This document shows positions 1 through 13,025 of a DNA stretch of 64,000 nucleotides, piece by piece; within the stretch, counting starts at the first letter, position 1; the number at the start of each line of letters is the position of its first letter. The stretch comes from Vitrella brassicaformis CCMP3155 (lineage: Eukaryota; Protista; Chromerida): NCBI GenBank assembly GCA_001179505.1, contig CDMY01001057.1:124001-188000 (forward strand). The letters run 5' to 3'. A model generated the notes under the pieces. It was not told the DNA's origin. It made no database searches and was given only the letters and a program-made list of their open reading frames with translations. The position numbers and the translations under genes were made by a program.

Positions 1-875
1 ATCAGCGGCCGATACCGCCACCGCAAGGTGACCATCCACCGCCGCCAACACCGCCTGCCCCTCACAAAAGTCTGGATCCTCAGGGCCGCCCTCTCGCGCA
101 TCTGATCGGCCGCCTCTACGGCCACAGCTGCCGACTCGCGGCGAGGAAACTCGTGCCTTTGCTTTGCCTGCTGAGATGTGGCGGGCCGAGAGCCGGGCTG
201 CGAGGCTGTGGAGTGCGATTGGCCGCTCTGGGAAGACGGCGGCCGGGCGGGAGGTGCCTTGTCGACCTTCACAAGTGCCGTTGTTGTGGCTCTCTTCGGC
301 CGCTTCCGTTCCTTGCCCTTGTTCCTGATGGCCTGCAGCATCTCCCGATAGTGTTCCCGATGCTTCCGCCGCTTGATGGCATCGAGTCGGTCTTCAGCCT
401 CGTCCAAGTGTCTGTGGATGCCCTCCACCATAGTCGAGAGGTGCAGGTATTTCTCCGTGTGGGCTGCGTCAAACGGCGCGTACCACCAGTCGCTGGCCTC
501 CCCGGTGTGCATGCTCGAGGCGTGGTGGTCAGGCGGACACGTGAGGGTGACGGCCGAGGGGGACTCGGATACAGTGGATATCATGAAGGGGCCTTCGTCG
601 TGCCGCCGTGTTGACGCATAATCTTGTGGCCGCACCTTCTTCTGCTCCCCTTCATCCGCTTGTATGCCCTCCTTCGCCTCGGCAATGTGGATGCCATTGG
701 CTTCGGGATGGAAGGGGGGCGCGGACACAGAGAGAAATGGATTGGCAGAAGCCATCACCGTGACGGGATGCCGTCGTGATGGTGGTGAGTGCGGGAGAGC
801 AGGGCTTGTGACGTGAGCTGAGACGGAGGCCCCCAGGGGTAAGGCGTGAAACCAAATTGGACAAAAGGAGTTCAT
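1..875 (-). CDS. IQ-motif (calmodulin-binding) protein with N-terminal PAM2-like motif; partial, continues past window start
   Basis: Uninterrupted minus-strand frame from ATG at 875 to the window edge, absent from the ORF track because it has no stop. It reads MNSFCPIW...MASANPFLSVSAPPFHPEA...REHYREMLQAIRNK...ERAALRIQTFVRGRRCWRRW. IQxxxRGxxxR consensus at ~40-90; LxxxAxxFxP at 705-734. Confidence 0.7.
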   Translation of the reverse strand, partial: MNSFCPIWFHALPLGASVSAHVTSPALPHSPPSRRHPVTVMASANPFLSVSAPPFHPEANGIHIAEAKEGIQADEGEQKKVRPQDYASTRRHDEGPFMISTVSESPSAVTLTCPPDHHASSMHTGEASDWWYAPFDAAHTEKYLHLSTMVEGIHRHLDEAEDRLDAIKRRKHREHYREMLQAIRNKGKERKRPKRATTTALVKVDKAPPARPPSSQSGQSHSTASQPGSRPATSQQAKQRHEFPRRESAAVAVEAADQMRERAALRIQTFVRGRRCWRRWMVTLRWRYRPL

Positions 876-1106
876 CGCGTCAGAAGAAGGGAAGAAGAAG
901 GCGCCTGGGACGTCAACAGATCATCACGGCCTGCACCACGTTGTGTGTGGGATCTTTATCTTTGGTTGTCTTTCGGTGTCCTTCGCACTACTTCCGGCGC
1001 CACGGCTGCTTCGGCTTCAGTGTGTGTATCCCCTCCTTCTGACCCCTCCCACCACCCCACGCCGGATGGACCCAGCGGCAGAACCGCCCCCACATCGACC
1101 GCACAA

Positions 1107-1763
1107 ATGGCCAGCAACCTGTCGCAGGACGGAGGATCATACAAGGGCCCTCTCATGCACCTCTTCCCGCCTCACAGCTGGAAGGAGGCCGCATCCACCG
1201 CCGCTGGGCCTGCCGAGGCGGGTGCGGGTGTCACTGAGCATGAGGAGGAGGGGCCTCTGCCGGTGGGCGTCGGCCACCCAAGGGAGTTCGCGAGTTATGT
1301 GAACTGCAAGGAGTGGCCAGCGGAGCAGTTTGACCTCGTCAAGACGCTGGCCAAAGCTATCCACGGCGATGTGCTGCTGATGATGCACAAGCCGTCCAAG
1401 GACCTTGTGGTGGTTAAGAAGATGAAGAACGAGAACGTCGAGAGGAGGGGGCCGCACCAGCTGGAAAACGCCGAAAACGAAATCGGGTGAGTGAAGTGAG
1501 CAACACGACAGACAGGGGACAACAAAGACGGTGCGGCTGAGCACGTGTTTGTGTGTGTGTATGTGTGTGTCAGTGTGTCGTGTTACTTGACGCGCTACAC
1601 GACGAGCGAGTTCATAGTGCGCATGATTGAGGTGTTCCGTGACGCCAGCTTCACGTACTTCGTCACCGAGCTTGCAGACAAGGGGGAGCTCTTCAACATT
1701 GTGGTCGAGAGCAAGATGCTCGACGAGGGCCGCACCAAGTACTACATGGCTCAGGTGAGTCAG

Positions 1764-1794
<31 letters not shown>

Positions 1795-3014
1795 AATCGG
1801 ACGGCAAACATGCCTGCCTGCCTGCTTGATTTCTTTGGTCTCTTCTGCTCTGTGGTTAGGTGTTGCGCGCGGTCAAGACGTTGCATGACAACGGCATCGT
1901 CCACCGCGACATATCGCTGGAGAACACCCTGCTGCACAGCGACGACACTGTCCGGCTGGTGGACTTCGGACAGGCCGTGCCGCTGTTTGACAGCAAAAGC
2001 GAAAAGCGCAAAGACAAACTCCTCACCGGTGTGTCAGTGAAGATCAGCAGCACACCTTCGAGAATCACATGTGTGGTTCGTGGTGCCATGGCTGTCAGGT
2101 CGTGCGGGCAAGTCCTACTACCGTGCGCCTGAGATGTATTCGGTAGCGTACCGCGGGCGGCCTGTGGACATCTTCGCGTGTGGGGTCATGATGTTCATCA
2201 TGGCGCTGGGCACACCGCCATGGCAGCAGGCGACACTCAACGACGACCGATTCGCTTTTATACAAAAGTCAGCACAGAGAGACAGAGAGGGATGTGGCGT
2301 GTACCGTACCCGTGTGTGACTTGTGCTATCAGGTATTCGATGAAGCCTTTGCTCGAGAAGTGGAACCGGCTGCACCTCATCTCTCCCCAGCTGCTGGACC
2401 TCATGGGTCGCATGCTGCGAGTCGACCCCGCCACGCGCATCACCCTGCCAGAGGTCTTCAGCCACCCATGGTTCAACGACCCCAACCTCGCACACCCTCC
2501 ATGGACACCCGGGCCGCCCCAAGCCAGCAGCTTCTTCACCGACATCCCCCCATACGCCCCCCCTCCCCCACCACCCCTCCCACCAGACGCAGCCCCGCCA
2601 CCGCCCCAACCCCCGCCGCAGCGCAAGAACCTCTTCCCGCACTCTCGACGCGCCCAGCAGCTCTTCGGCGAGTCGTCCTCGTCTGCATCATCACACCATG
2701 CACACAGGCCGCCGATGGGCACCGGCAGGGCAGGGCCGTACGGCTATGGGCCCGCCTTTGGGCAGAGCATTGGCCACACCATCCAGATGGGGAGCAGAGA
2801 CCGGTTTGAGGCCACTGGCGAGACGGACGCTATCATGGGGGACATGCACCAGTCCATGGGGGGGCACCACATGGGCCACCCCGGGCACTCGATGATGCAC
2901 CACCAGGCACATCGGCCGGTCGGGCGGATGCCGGCGGCAATGGAGACGGACGAGGGGCAGGGCGGCGCGGGGCAGGAGAGGGAGAGGAGCGGCCCCACTC
3001 CCATGGAGAGATGA
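1107..3014 (+). CDS. Ser/Thr protein kinase, CAMK-like, with Pro/Met/His-rich C-terminal tail
   Basis: Exons ~1107-1486, 1574-1754, 1860-2028, 2099-2267, 2333-3014 splice in frame. Motifs: VVVKKM (VAIK Lys), HRDISLEN, VDFGQA, GKSYYRAPE, DIFACGV, DPATRITLPEVFSHPWF. Confidence 0.93.
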
Positions 3015-4795
3015 CATGAGATGGATGCACAGAGGCAGTGAAGAGGTAGACAGACACGAGACGAGACGAGAGCTCAGTTTTTCGTTAGTCGGACAGACAG
3101 TCGGGTGGTGGATCGATATCGACGAGCGCCTGCCTAAGTGGGTGCAGTGAGTCAGTGACGAGTTTGAGGGCGTGTGTGCGTGGGAGCGTGGTGCGTGTTG
3201 CATATCCTATTATATGTGCGCTGTCGGCGCCCTGGCCTTCCCAAAGGCACTGCGCGGATAGCTACCTAGATGGATGGACAGACCGTCTGTCTGAGAAGCC
3301 TCCCATGGCCATACACACACACACATACATACATACCGTCCACCCCCACCCTCCCTCTGTGACATTTTGCCATCCATCCTTTCCCTCTTTGGTTTTGATA
3401 CCTACCTGCCTGCCAACTAGATGCCTGTCTGCTTGCATCGTGATGCATGTGTCTCTGGGGTGACTGTGGTTGTGGTCATAGCTGGCTGCTTGCAGAAAGC
3501 CGGACAGACAGCAGGGTTCTCTCGGGACAGATAGAGTGTTTGTAGGCGCCTCGCCTACCCACGGGGGCATGGGCATGGGGTATGGGTACTCCCTCTCTCT
3601 CTCGCCCGTCTCACTCGTTCTGACACACAGGGCTCCACACACGTGACACAGCCGGCCTCTCTCCCTCTCTCTCCGGCTGTGTCGCGGGTGTGGAGCCGTG
3701 TGTGGTGGAGATGAGACGCATGCATAAGGTTCCCCGTATGGCTGGATGGCTGGTTCTTTGGTGTCTCTGTGTGTGTAGTGAGTGACTCGTGCGTGCCTGT
3801 TTGTGCTCTCGCATCATGGCTGAGACAATGACAGCTTGACGTGGGTGGATTTCTGGTGGAGCCATGGCGTGCACTCGCTCGCCCGTAGCATAGCAGCCCA
3901 GCCACGGACTGTGGGCTACGGACGGGACGGATGCGATGATACGTACGGGGACCGATTCATGGGTGACTGAATGAGTGAATGCACTATGCACTGGGTGGGC
4001 ATCCAATCGTCAATCGTTGTTGAACTGTCGACGTCACATGTAGTGTAGCATCATCCCCCTCTGTGTGCGATGGTCGTGCTCCCGTGACCAGGGAAGCGGA
4101 CGGCCCACCCTCCCTTCTCGCCGAAAGGGCAAGTTGAGCGTACGCTCCGGCCATGAGAGAGAAGCGCCCGACTAAAGCACACACATGGAGGAGGAAGAGA
4201 TCACCATTCACGGGACAGACCGCCAGTCAGTCAGTCAGTCAAGACGACCACCCATACAATGGTCTCACGAGCATCGCCTCCCTGCCTCTCGCGTCCATTC
4301 CATGCGCTCCTTGTCTTCGTGCGCCATCATGCGCTCTTCCGCTGAAACAAGGGCTCATGCTCCGCAGAACAGCACAGGGAGAAGCATACGACAAGGGACA
4401 CATCGGATGAATGGAATCAGAGAGACCTGGGCTTAAAAGCCGCGCCAACTGGGTACACCATCGAAGAATCCCTCCATCCCTCCATCAGTCAATGGTAGGT
4501 ACAAATAGCAGCAGCAGACAGGCAGCAGACAGGCAGCCGGCCACCCCATCACCCAACACTGTACACGACCCTCAACCCCCACCTCCGTCCGCCACACAAA
4601 ACCCAACCCCCCTCCTGACTTGACTGCCTTCATGCCATTATCAAGGCGGCGCTGTCTGTCTGTCATTTGCTTGCCATTACAGGGGTGAAAAACTAGCTGG
4701 TGGTCACTACAATCTACTCACTCACTCCCGCAGCCACGCAGCCAGGTCAGCCAGTCGTGTGTGTGTGAGTGGGTAAGGTAAGAAAAGAGATGTGT

Positions 4796-5594
4796 TTAGA
4801 AAGTGCCGTCTTCGATGTCGGCCAGGAGGGGGCCGACCTCCGCCACCCGCTCGTCGTACTTGTCGAAGAACCACTGGATGCCCTCACCAGCACGCCGAAA
4901 CGCCTGACGCACCCACACACACACAAGCAGACAGGCAGGGAACCGAAGTGAGTCCAGTCGCTATGCGGCTGCTGCTCTGCAGTCAGCGTGTACCATGACG
5001 ACTGCGTCCCATCCCGTTCGGATGCTCTTTGAGAGGTCCTCGATGGCCTCGGGCGGCAGCTGGATGTCAGGAGATGACTCCAACATCGCTGCCGCCGCCA
5101 AACGCTCAGCAAACGTCGGCACCTCCTGCTGCAAATACATGACACACACAGAGACCAACCACACATGAGCATTCCGCGCATGAGTGACAGGACTGGTTAC
5201 CTTCTTGGGTTCTGTGGCGACAGTGGGGAATGGGTGGAGGGGGTAGGGGGCGACCAGACTCATCTGTGGCTGACGGGATGCCTTCCGAGCCTTGCCCTGA
5301 CACACACGGCACACGCGCCGACAGATGCGTGACAAGGTTCGTGTGTCGCAAGATCCTCATCCCTGGGCGCTTACCGAGGCATGCTTTGCAGGCTTGTTCG
5401 CAGTCAGCGAGGGGCCGTTGCCCTTCAGGACGTACCCATCTGCCGCCACACACACAGAGACACGACCATCCATCCCCTCAGGCAGATCCCGGCCTGCCTC
5501 CCATCTGTCCGGCTCGTGTGTGCACTCACTCACCAGCCACGAGGGAGTAGAGTGAGATGACGACGGCGCACAGGCAAGCAACCACCTGCATCAT
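4796..5594 (-). CDS. Small (~155 aa) hypothetical protein with signal peptide plus basic transit-peptide-like segment (putative plastid-targeted)
   Basis: Five GT-AG exons join in frame: MMQVVACLCAVVISLYSLVA-DGYVLKGNGPSLTANKPAKHAS-GKARKASRQPQMSLVAPYPLHPFPTVATEPKK-QEVPTFAERLAAAAMLESSPDIQLPPEAIEDLSKSIRTGWDAVVM-AFRRAGEGIQWFFDKYDERVAEVGPLLADIEDGTF*. Targeting is inferred. Confidence 0.7.
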
Positions 5595-5628
5595 GCCGCT
5601 CTGCTTCGTTCACCAGACGAGTACACGA

Positions 5629-5637
5629 GAGATCTCC
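5629..5637. promoter_or_regulatory. Palindrome GAGATCTC(C) in a divergent promoter; recurs at 9134, 12830, 23196 (one mismatch) and 29999
   Basis: Repeated occurrence within ~30-220 bp of start codons. Function is inferred. Confidence 0.4.
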
Positions 5638-5846
5638 ACTGCTTCAAAATCCGACAGATCCACCGGAACAACACGTAAGACAACGGAGAATTGTCCTTTC
5701 TTCTGCGAGCCTCACGAGATCAGTTTTACGGTTTTCCCCTGGTCGGCGCCCGAACGTCTCTGTTGTGAGTGTGCGCCCTTTGTCGACCTGTTTCGGGCGC
5801 CTCATCTCATCCACCCCCCATCGCTCCCGTTAGTCGATTGAGAATC

Positions 5847-6700
5847 ATGGTGGTGAAGACTCTGGTGCTGGTTCGCCACGGCGAGTCGCAGTGGAACCAG
5901 GAGAACCGCTTCACAGGGTGGACTGACGTGCCCCTGAACGAGACGGGCAAGAACGAGGCCAAGGCTGCGGGCGAGGTGCTCAAGGAGAAGGGCTACTCAT
6001 TCGACATCGCCTTCACCAGCGTCCTCAAGCGGGCGGTGCACACCACCTGGAACATCCTGGAGGAGCTCGACCTGCACTACATACCCGTCATCAACAGCTG
6101 GCGGCTCAACGAGCGACACTATGGCGCACTCCAGGGACTCAACAAGGCCGAAACCGCTGCCAAACATGGAGATGAACAGGTCAGTTATGCGAGGGGTGGT
6201 TGCATGGTAAGTGAGTTGCAGGCATTTCTGGTCTCATTCCTTTCTCTGTTGGTGCGGTGCCTGACCGTGTCTGTTTGCAGGTGTTGGTGTGGCGTCGTTC
6301 GTATGACGTGCCGCCGCCCCCTCTGGAGAAGGCCGACAAGCGCTGGCCCGGCAACGACAAGATGTACGCCCACCTGCCCCGCGAGGTGCTGCCCTTCACC
6401 GAGTGCCTCAAGGACACCGTCGAGCGCGTGCTGCCCTTCTGGTTCGACCACATCGCCCCCGAGCTCATGCGCGACAAGAAGGTCCTGGTGGCCGCCCACG
6501 GCAACTCGCTCCGCGGCCTCGTCAAGCACCTCGACGGCATGACCGAGGACGCCGTCCTGAAGCTCAACATCCCCACTGGCGTCCCGCTGGTCTACGAGCT
6601 GGACGAGGAGCTCAAGCCCATCAAGCACTACTACCTCATGGACGAGGCGGAACTCAAGAAGAAAATGGACGCCGTCGCCCAACAGGGCAAGGCCAAGTGA
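5847..6700 (+). CDS. gpmA: 2,3-bisphosphoglycerate-dependent phosphoglycerate mutase
   Basis: Exons 5847-6179 and 6281-6700. Motifs [12 protein letters not shown] (phospho-His), [47 protein letters not shown]. Confidence 0.97.
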
Positions 6701-7317
6701 CGGGCCGATAGGACACACACCATCATGCCTACACACATCTCACAGGTGCGCGGACGGCGGACACAATCACTGGATGGATGCATATGTGTGTGTGTGTTTT
6801 GTGTGTGTGGTGTGTTGGTCAGGTCGGTCTGGAGAAGTACTGGTGCGTGTGCTGACTGCGTAGCTGCTCGGTTCTCTTATGGTCTGCGTGTCCACCTTTT
6901 TTGCCTTCTGGTTGGCTGGTTCGGCACAAACAGACAGACAGCCGCTCTCGTCCCGCTTTCTGTTTCCGTTTGCGATTGACTGGCTGGACGGCTGACTGAT
7001 GCGTATGATGCATAGATGGATGTGGGGGCCTTGCCTTCTGCAGGCTTTTTTGACCACAAGCGCTCACAGATGAACAGACGGACACGCATGAAAATGAAGA
7101 GTCATTGAATGAATGAAGACGAGAGAGGCGGCCTTGTCGATACGCCGTCTTTGATGCGATGCGTACATACCTACACACATACATACAAGATACCTACCTG
7201 CTTTTTCCTACTGGCTGGGCTGCCTGGCTGCCCAGAAGCTTGACGGGCCTGCCTTTGTCCCGTCTGTCTGTCTGTGAGCCAGATCACTGGAGAGCATTTT
7301 GACTAGGCATCAGGCAG

Positions 7318-7354
<37 letters not shown>

Positions 7355-7894
7355 TGGTTGGATGGGATGGTCACAATGTACAGACCTGACTGAGAATATT
7401 CTCACGCACGCGCCACGAGCACGTCAGTCATCATACTTATACACGGATGCCGGCCCGCATTCATCTGCGGGTGTTTTGCTGTGACACTCACTGGTTTTGG
7501 CAACTCAACCTGACTTGCGGGGTCGTGGCTGTGCTTGTCTGATCCGCCGTGGAGATGAAACGTCTGAATGCGATGCAACACGCGCCAACCGTGTCGCACT
7601 CCATTCATGTGCTTGCTCTTTACGGCGGACCAGACAACGACAGGTTCCCTCCCTCCCCTGACAAAGCGACATGAATGGACAGATGAGTGCGTAGCTGGCG
7701 AGATGACTGCAAAGTGACGTGTGCGTTGCGTCATTCAATGTGCCTCCATCCATCCATCCCACAAGAGGTCCCAATCAATCTGTTATCGTGGCCAGCATAG
7801 CATCCACACACGCGTTATGCACATCAATCAATCGACAGTCTGGTCCATGCGCAACCAACACCCCACAGCATGTAAGGTTCTGTCTGTCTGTCTG

Positions 7895-9032
7895 TCATCC
7901 GTCGCAGCATGCATGGCCCCGCAGCCACTCAGCGATGTCTGTAGCATCGGCACACAGATGGAGAGGCGCCTGAACACGCAAACAAAGTGGTTAACAAGTC
8001 GAAAATAGCTGGCTCGTGCCAATCGATGCACCTCTTGTGTTCTCACCCACCGTGGTCACGGGGTGCGTCAGCTCGAGTGTGTGTGCGTGCAGCATTAGCC
8101 GTGGCGCCCGATCAGCCGCCTCGCGTGGCGCATAGAAGTCGTCACCGAGTATGGGATGGCCAATCGCACTCAGGTGGACACGCAGCTGGTGCGAACGACC
8201 TGTCATCGATCCATCGATCCATTCGATCATCCATCACATACGCACACACACAGGAAGCCAAAAGGTGTGTGTGCGTGTGTGTGCGTCCCCCTTGCCTGCC
8301 TGTGATGGGTGTGAGCTCGAGCAGCGACGCGTTGATGTCAGGGAAGATCCTCAGCACCCTCCACAGAGTGATCGACCTCTTGCTCTTGGCAGTTTTGACC
8401 CCTGCTGGTGCCGATGTGTCCGCACGATTATCATCATCAGATGGTAGACGCCAATCGACTCGAGAGGTCGGGGGATTGGCGTAGTCTTTGACCAGCGGGA
8501 GCCTGATCTCGCCTTCGCAACAGTGCGTCAATCCATCCACCACCGCAGCATAGCGCTTCCGCACCTGAATGAGAGGAGAGAGAGAGATGAGCGGGCAGCA
8601 GGCAGGCAGGGCCCTGGTCTTATCGCACCTTTTTCTTTCGGAACTGCTCGTAGATGTCCCTCTGGGCCTCATCCGTCTTGGCGAAGAGCATGACGCCAGA
8701 TGTCATCTGATCAAGGCGGTGGCAGATCAGCCTGATCCATCCATCCATCCAACATACAGACGAATCAATCAACGAAGCAGACCAGCCTTTGTTTGTATCG
8801 CCCCTACTTACTTGTCCACTCTATCGGCCTTCACGTGCCTGCTGACTCGCGTCGCAACCGAGTCTTTGATGACCCTGCCAGGCACAGACAAGAGGCCGCT
8901 GGGCTTGTTGACCGCAATGACGGCATTGTCTTCATGGAGGATGCTGAGATCTACACTGTTGGGCATCCCTTCGTGCTCTGAAGGCAGCAGACGCCGCCGC
9001 TTTGAGGGAAGTGGACGGCGGGTCGACTCCAT
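7895..9032 (-). CDS. RluA-family RNA pseudouridine synthase
   Basis: Spliced exons give VNKPSGLLSVPG, CHRLDQMTSGVMLFAK (catalytic Asp), [43 protein letters not shown]. The last exon and stop (7895-7897) are less certain. Confidence 0.92.
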
Positions 9033-9585
9033 TCTCAGATGATAAAGGAAAGCGGTGTGCACGACGGTTCCTGCGCACGATAGAAGAAGCGGAATCAATG
9101 GAAGCATCTGTCGGAGGGACTCATTGCGCGCTAGAGATCTCCAGCCACCACCTTGCACTTCACGGCGAGTGTGGCAGACCCTCATCGGGCCTTCGGGCCT
9201 AAGTCATTCCAGTGCAGATTCATCAGATCTTTCAACTGGGTTCTCGTGCACTGCAGTGTCTACCAGCTGCCATCTTGGCCAAAAAGGGTGGGAAGCGTGA
9301 ATATTGAATCAGGCCAGACACCTGTCGCACATAAGTCTGCGTCGCATCGTCGTACACTCACTCACACATACGGGCATCCATGCCATGCAGCCACGGAAAA
9401 ACGCATCACTAGCAGGCAGCATAGCGTCGTCTGACTATGTACAGTCCCTCACTCGCGGCGGGCCGGCCGGCCCACACACGACTCCACACCACCATCACGA
9501 CACCGATGAATGAATCGGCAGCGTATGTACACGTGTCGCATCAGCATGATCCATCCACCACACCGGTGTGTGGGCAGGGAGGGCA

Positions 9586-9715
9586 TCATAGCTCGTCCTT
9601 GCTGAACTGAATGCTGCACACACACACACACACACACACACATCACACAGGCAGGGCAGAGGGGACAACGAATATGGGTAAGTAAACTGTTCGCTTGGCG
9701 GGGCTGCTGGTGGTG

Positions 9716-9751
<36 letters not shown>

Positions 9752-12700
9752 TGGCGTGTTGCTGGAGGAAGTCGATGATGGTGTCCACGTCCCTCTCGCC
9801 CTCATAGTCTATCGCATGCTGCTTGTCACTGATGGATGAACCAAGGCGTGGGTCGACGAACGAATGGGCGAATGGGCGACACACAGCACACAGGCAGATA
9901 CACACCGTGCTTGCGCTCTCACCGTTGTGGGAAGAATTTGACCGTGGGGAAGCCCTGGATGTCCAGACCCTGACCGACCGAAACAACAGACAGACAGACG
10001 GATGCGTCTGACTGAGTCTGGTGTGGTCTGCGTGTGTGTGGACGTGGCGTATGCAGGGTACCTACCAATACGTCGTTTGCTGTGGCGTCCATGTCTGCGA
10101 TGAGGATGCTCTCGACGGAGCTCATCTTCTCCGCCACGGACTTGTACATACCGCTGAACTTCTTGCAGTGACCGCACCTGATTGACAGACACCATCGACC
10201 GACAGGACACACACGACTCACACCTGAGTCAGTGTCACGTCACGTCACGTCAGGTCAGGCCACCTACCATGGTGCGTAGAAGAAGACGAGCACGTCCTTC
10301 TTGGACTTCATGACCACATCATCGAACGTCTTGCCAACCACAGCCTGACACACATAGAAACGGCCGCCATGCACTGCGTGCGGTATCGTGGTGCGCTGGT
10401 GCTTACGTATACAGGCCCTGGCTGTTCTGCTGGGATGACTTCGCTCCTCAAAAAGGGGCTCAGGTCGGCAGATTCGAAATCATCTACACACACATACACA
10501 CACACACACACACACATTCACAACACATGAATGGCAACCAGCGACTCATCTGCGGAAGGCAGTCTTGGGACCCACCGACCAATGAATTTGAGTACAGCCT
10601 CCCGTGTGATGGCTTCGTCCATTTTGTACTTGACCATGTTGGACGCGGGGTCCTTGAGCAGCACCAACTGGCGGGGAGAGGAGAGGAGGGGGGCAAACAA
10701 ATCAGTCACCTATGGACTCGTGTTCGTGTAGGTGCACATACAGTGGGTGTCTCCTCGAAGCTGACGCCGATGTAGTCGAGGAAGCGCAGCTCTATCGGGT
10801 CAGACACACCTGAACGAACGACACAGACAAAGAGAGAGATCACACACATGCCCAGCCCATTGGTGCGTTTGTAATGTAAGGTTGTGAGTCTATCCATCCC
10901 GGCTGGCCAGCCTGCGTACCCACGACAGCCATCAGCACCCGCCCCTTGAGCTGCTTGGACGCGTCGTGAAGCTGATGACAAACAAACATGACACATGCAC
11001 TACACGAGTGCGTCCACGGATTGGTTTGTTGGCTGGCTGACTGGCTGACCGCTTGTTCGGCCTTCCTCCCCTGGTCATTCTCCTCGCGAATCACCACCAA
11101 GATGGGCTTGCCCGAACCAAACAGCTGCAGCCACACACCAGACCGACAGACAGACAGACAGACAGCGTTGCCTCTCCACCGCTTTCCCTCTGGCAGCATA
11201 GGATCTGTGCGTTCTGTACCTCTGGGGCGACATCACCTGTGAATTTGTTGACAAGGGGCATCTTGTTCTCACCAATAAACTCAAGCTGAGAGAGCGAAAT
11301 GGACCGACACACAACACAGACACGGACAGACATATGGGTAGGTGAGTCTTTCCCGCCCTGATCTAACTGTCTGTTCCTGTGTAGGTGCGTACCACAGCTT
11401 GAGGGTCGTGGAAGTCACCCTCGAACTGGACCTTCCCCTCGTCAAAGGGCTTGATGAACAACAAACCGGGCACCTTCGCCTGCACACACACACACACATT
11501 CCCATACACACACGCATGAGTGCCTCCATTGCAATGCATTGCGTGTCCAGCCCTGCCCACCCCACCCCACTAGCCACCTGGTAGTGTGACGCGACGGCGG
11601 GGCTGAATGTGTGTGCGAACTGCACCTCCTCGAGCGACCTCGCCACATTCTCAAATGAGCTGATGTCCTCGCCATCGTTGAAGAACCCGACCAGTGCCAA
11701 CGGGTTCCTCTTGAGGTAATCCTGCGCCTGCACAAGGGAGGGAGGAAAGAGCGGAGGAGAAAGCAGCACATGCACTGGGCATCTTGTGTGTGTGGATTGC
11801 AATGCACATGTCTGTCTGTCTGTCTATCTGTGTGTGTGTCACCTCACCTCCGCTGTTTGGTTGAGCCGCACTGACGGCGGGCCTGACTTCCTGAAAGAAG
11901 GATACAAAAGTGAGTATACCTACCGCGGTGACTTACGCCACGCCCGACGATATATGCACACGGTGGCTGACTGACCTCTGTATCCAGGACACGATGGCGT
12001 TCTCTGTCCTCCCTCCCGTGTACTCCTGCTCTTTCCCGTTCCTGCACACACACATGCACAGCACAGCACAGCACAGCACAGCACACACAGCAGACAGACA
12101 AACAAGTGGTCAATGCACTGGCGGTGTACAGGCATCCCATATGGCCCCCATATATAGTCTATCAGCCATCCACCACTCATACACACGTACACGAAAAAGA
12201 AGATCGTGGGGAACCCCCGGACTCCGAACCGCTCTGCCAGAGCCGTCTCAACCGTCGCGTCAACCTGCACACACAACCACAACACAACACACCCACACAC
12301 ACGCATGTGCCCACGTGTTGGTGTTGGTGTGTTAGTGTGTGTGCAGGTGTGTCCGTGTGTGTCCCTGCCTTTGCCAGCGGTATGTCCATATTGGAGCTCT
12401 TGAGTGTCTTGGCCGCCTTGGCATACTCGGGCGCCAGCTGCCGGCAGTAACCGCTGCAGCACCACCCACCCCCAAGTACAGCACACAAACCACACCAAGA
12501 CATGCAATGCTCGTCCATATGGCGTGTGTGCAGACAGACAGGTAGATCTGATCTGCCGTCCGTCCGGTGTGTTGACTGACTCACCACCACGGTGCGAAGA
12601 ACTGCACCAATATCATCTTGTGCCTCTCCATGGCTGCATCGAAGTTGCCATCGGTCAGCAGCAGCACCCCTTCCTCCTCAGATATCACCGGCACATCCGC

Positions 12701-12799
12701 TCGGCAGCCCAGCCGCAGACATGCCGCCAGCAAGAGGAGCGCCACTGCCGCATGTCCGTGTCCATGCCACAAGGCAGGCCGCCGCCGTCGATGAAGCAT
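9586..12799 (-). CDS. PDI: Protein disulfide isomerase (a-b-b'-a'), ER-resident
   Basis: Hydrophobic signal peptide. First site FFAPW-CGYC-RQLAPEY, split by an intron; second site FYAPW-CGHC-KKF. VDATVETALAERFGVRGFPTI and GFPTVKFF segments. Last exon ends IQFSKDEL*. Confidence 0.96.
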
Positions 12800-13025
12800 G
12801 ATCTCTTCTCTCCCAGTTGAATCACAGGCGAGATCTCCGATGAGCGTGACTAGTCGCCGCTGCTTACGCCACCAGCCCTCCTTCCTTTCCTCCGCGTGTT
12901 TGCGAGCTTTGACATGCGAGCTTCGAAAAGGGGCAAGGACGGCGCAGAGGCACTGCCGCAGCGCTTCCTTCCTGCCGAGCAGCAGGAAAGAGATCTGTCC
13001 TTAAAAGCGTTTCATTGAGGTCGTG

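Noticed and set aside
3015-4795. Short ORFs between the kinase and the plastid-type gene
   Set aside because: Microsatellite-rich, with no domain motifs or consistent splice-bounded coding segments; likely convergent UTRs.
5847-6700. gpmA as a recent bacterial transfer or contaminant
   Set aside because: It has a spliceosomal intron and host-like codon usage, and dPGM is normal in alveolates.
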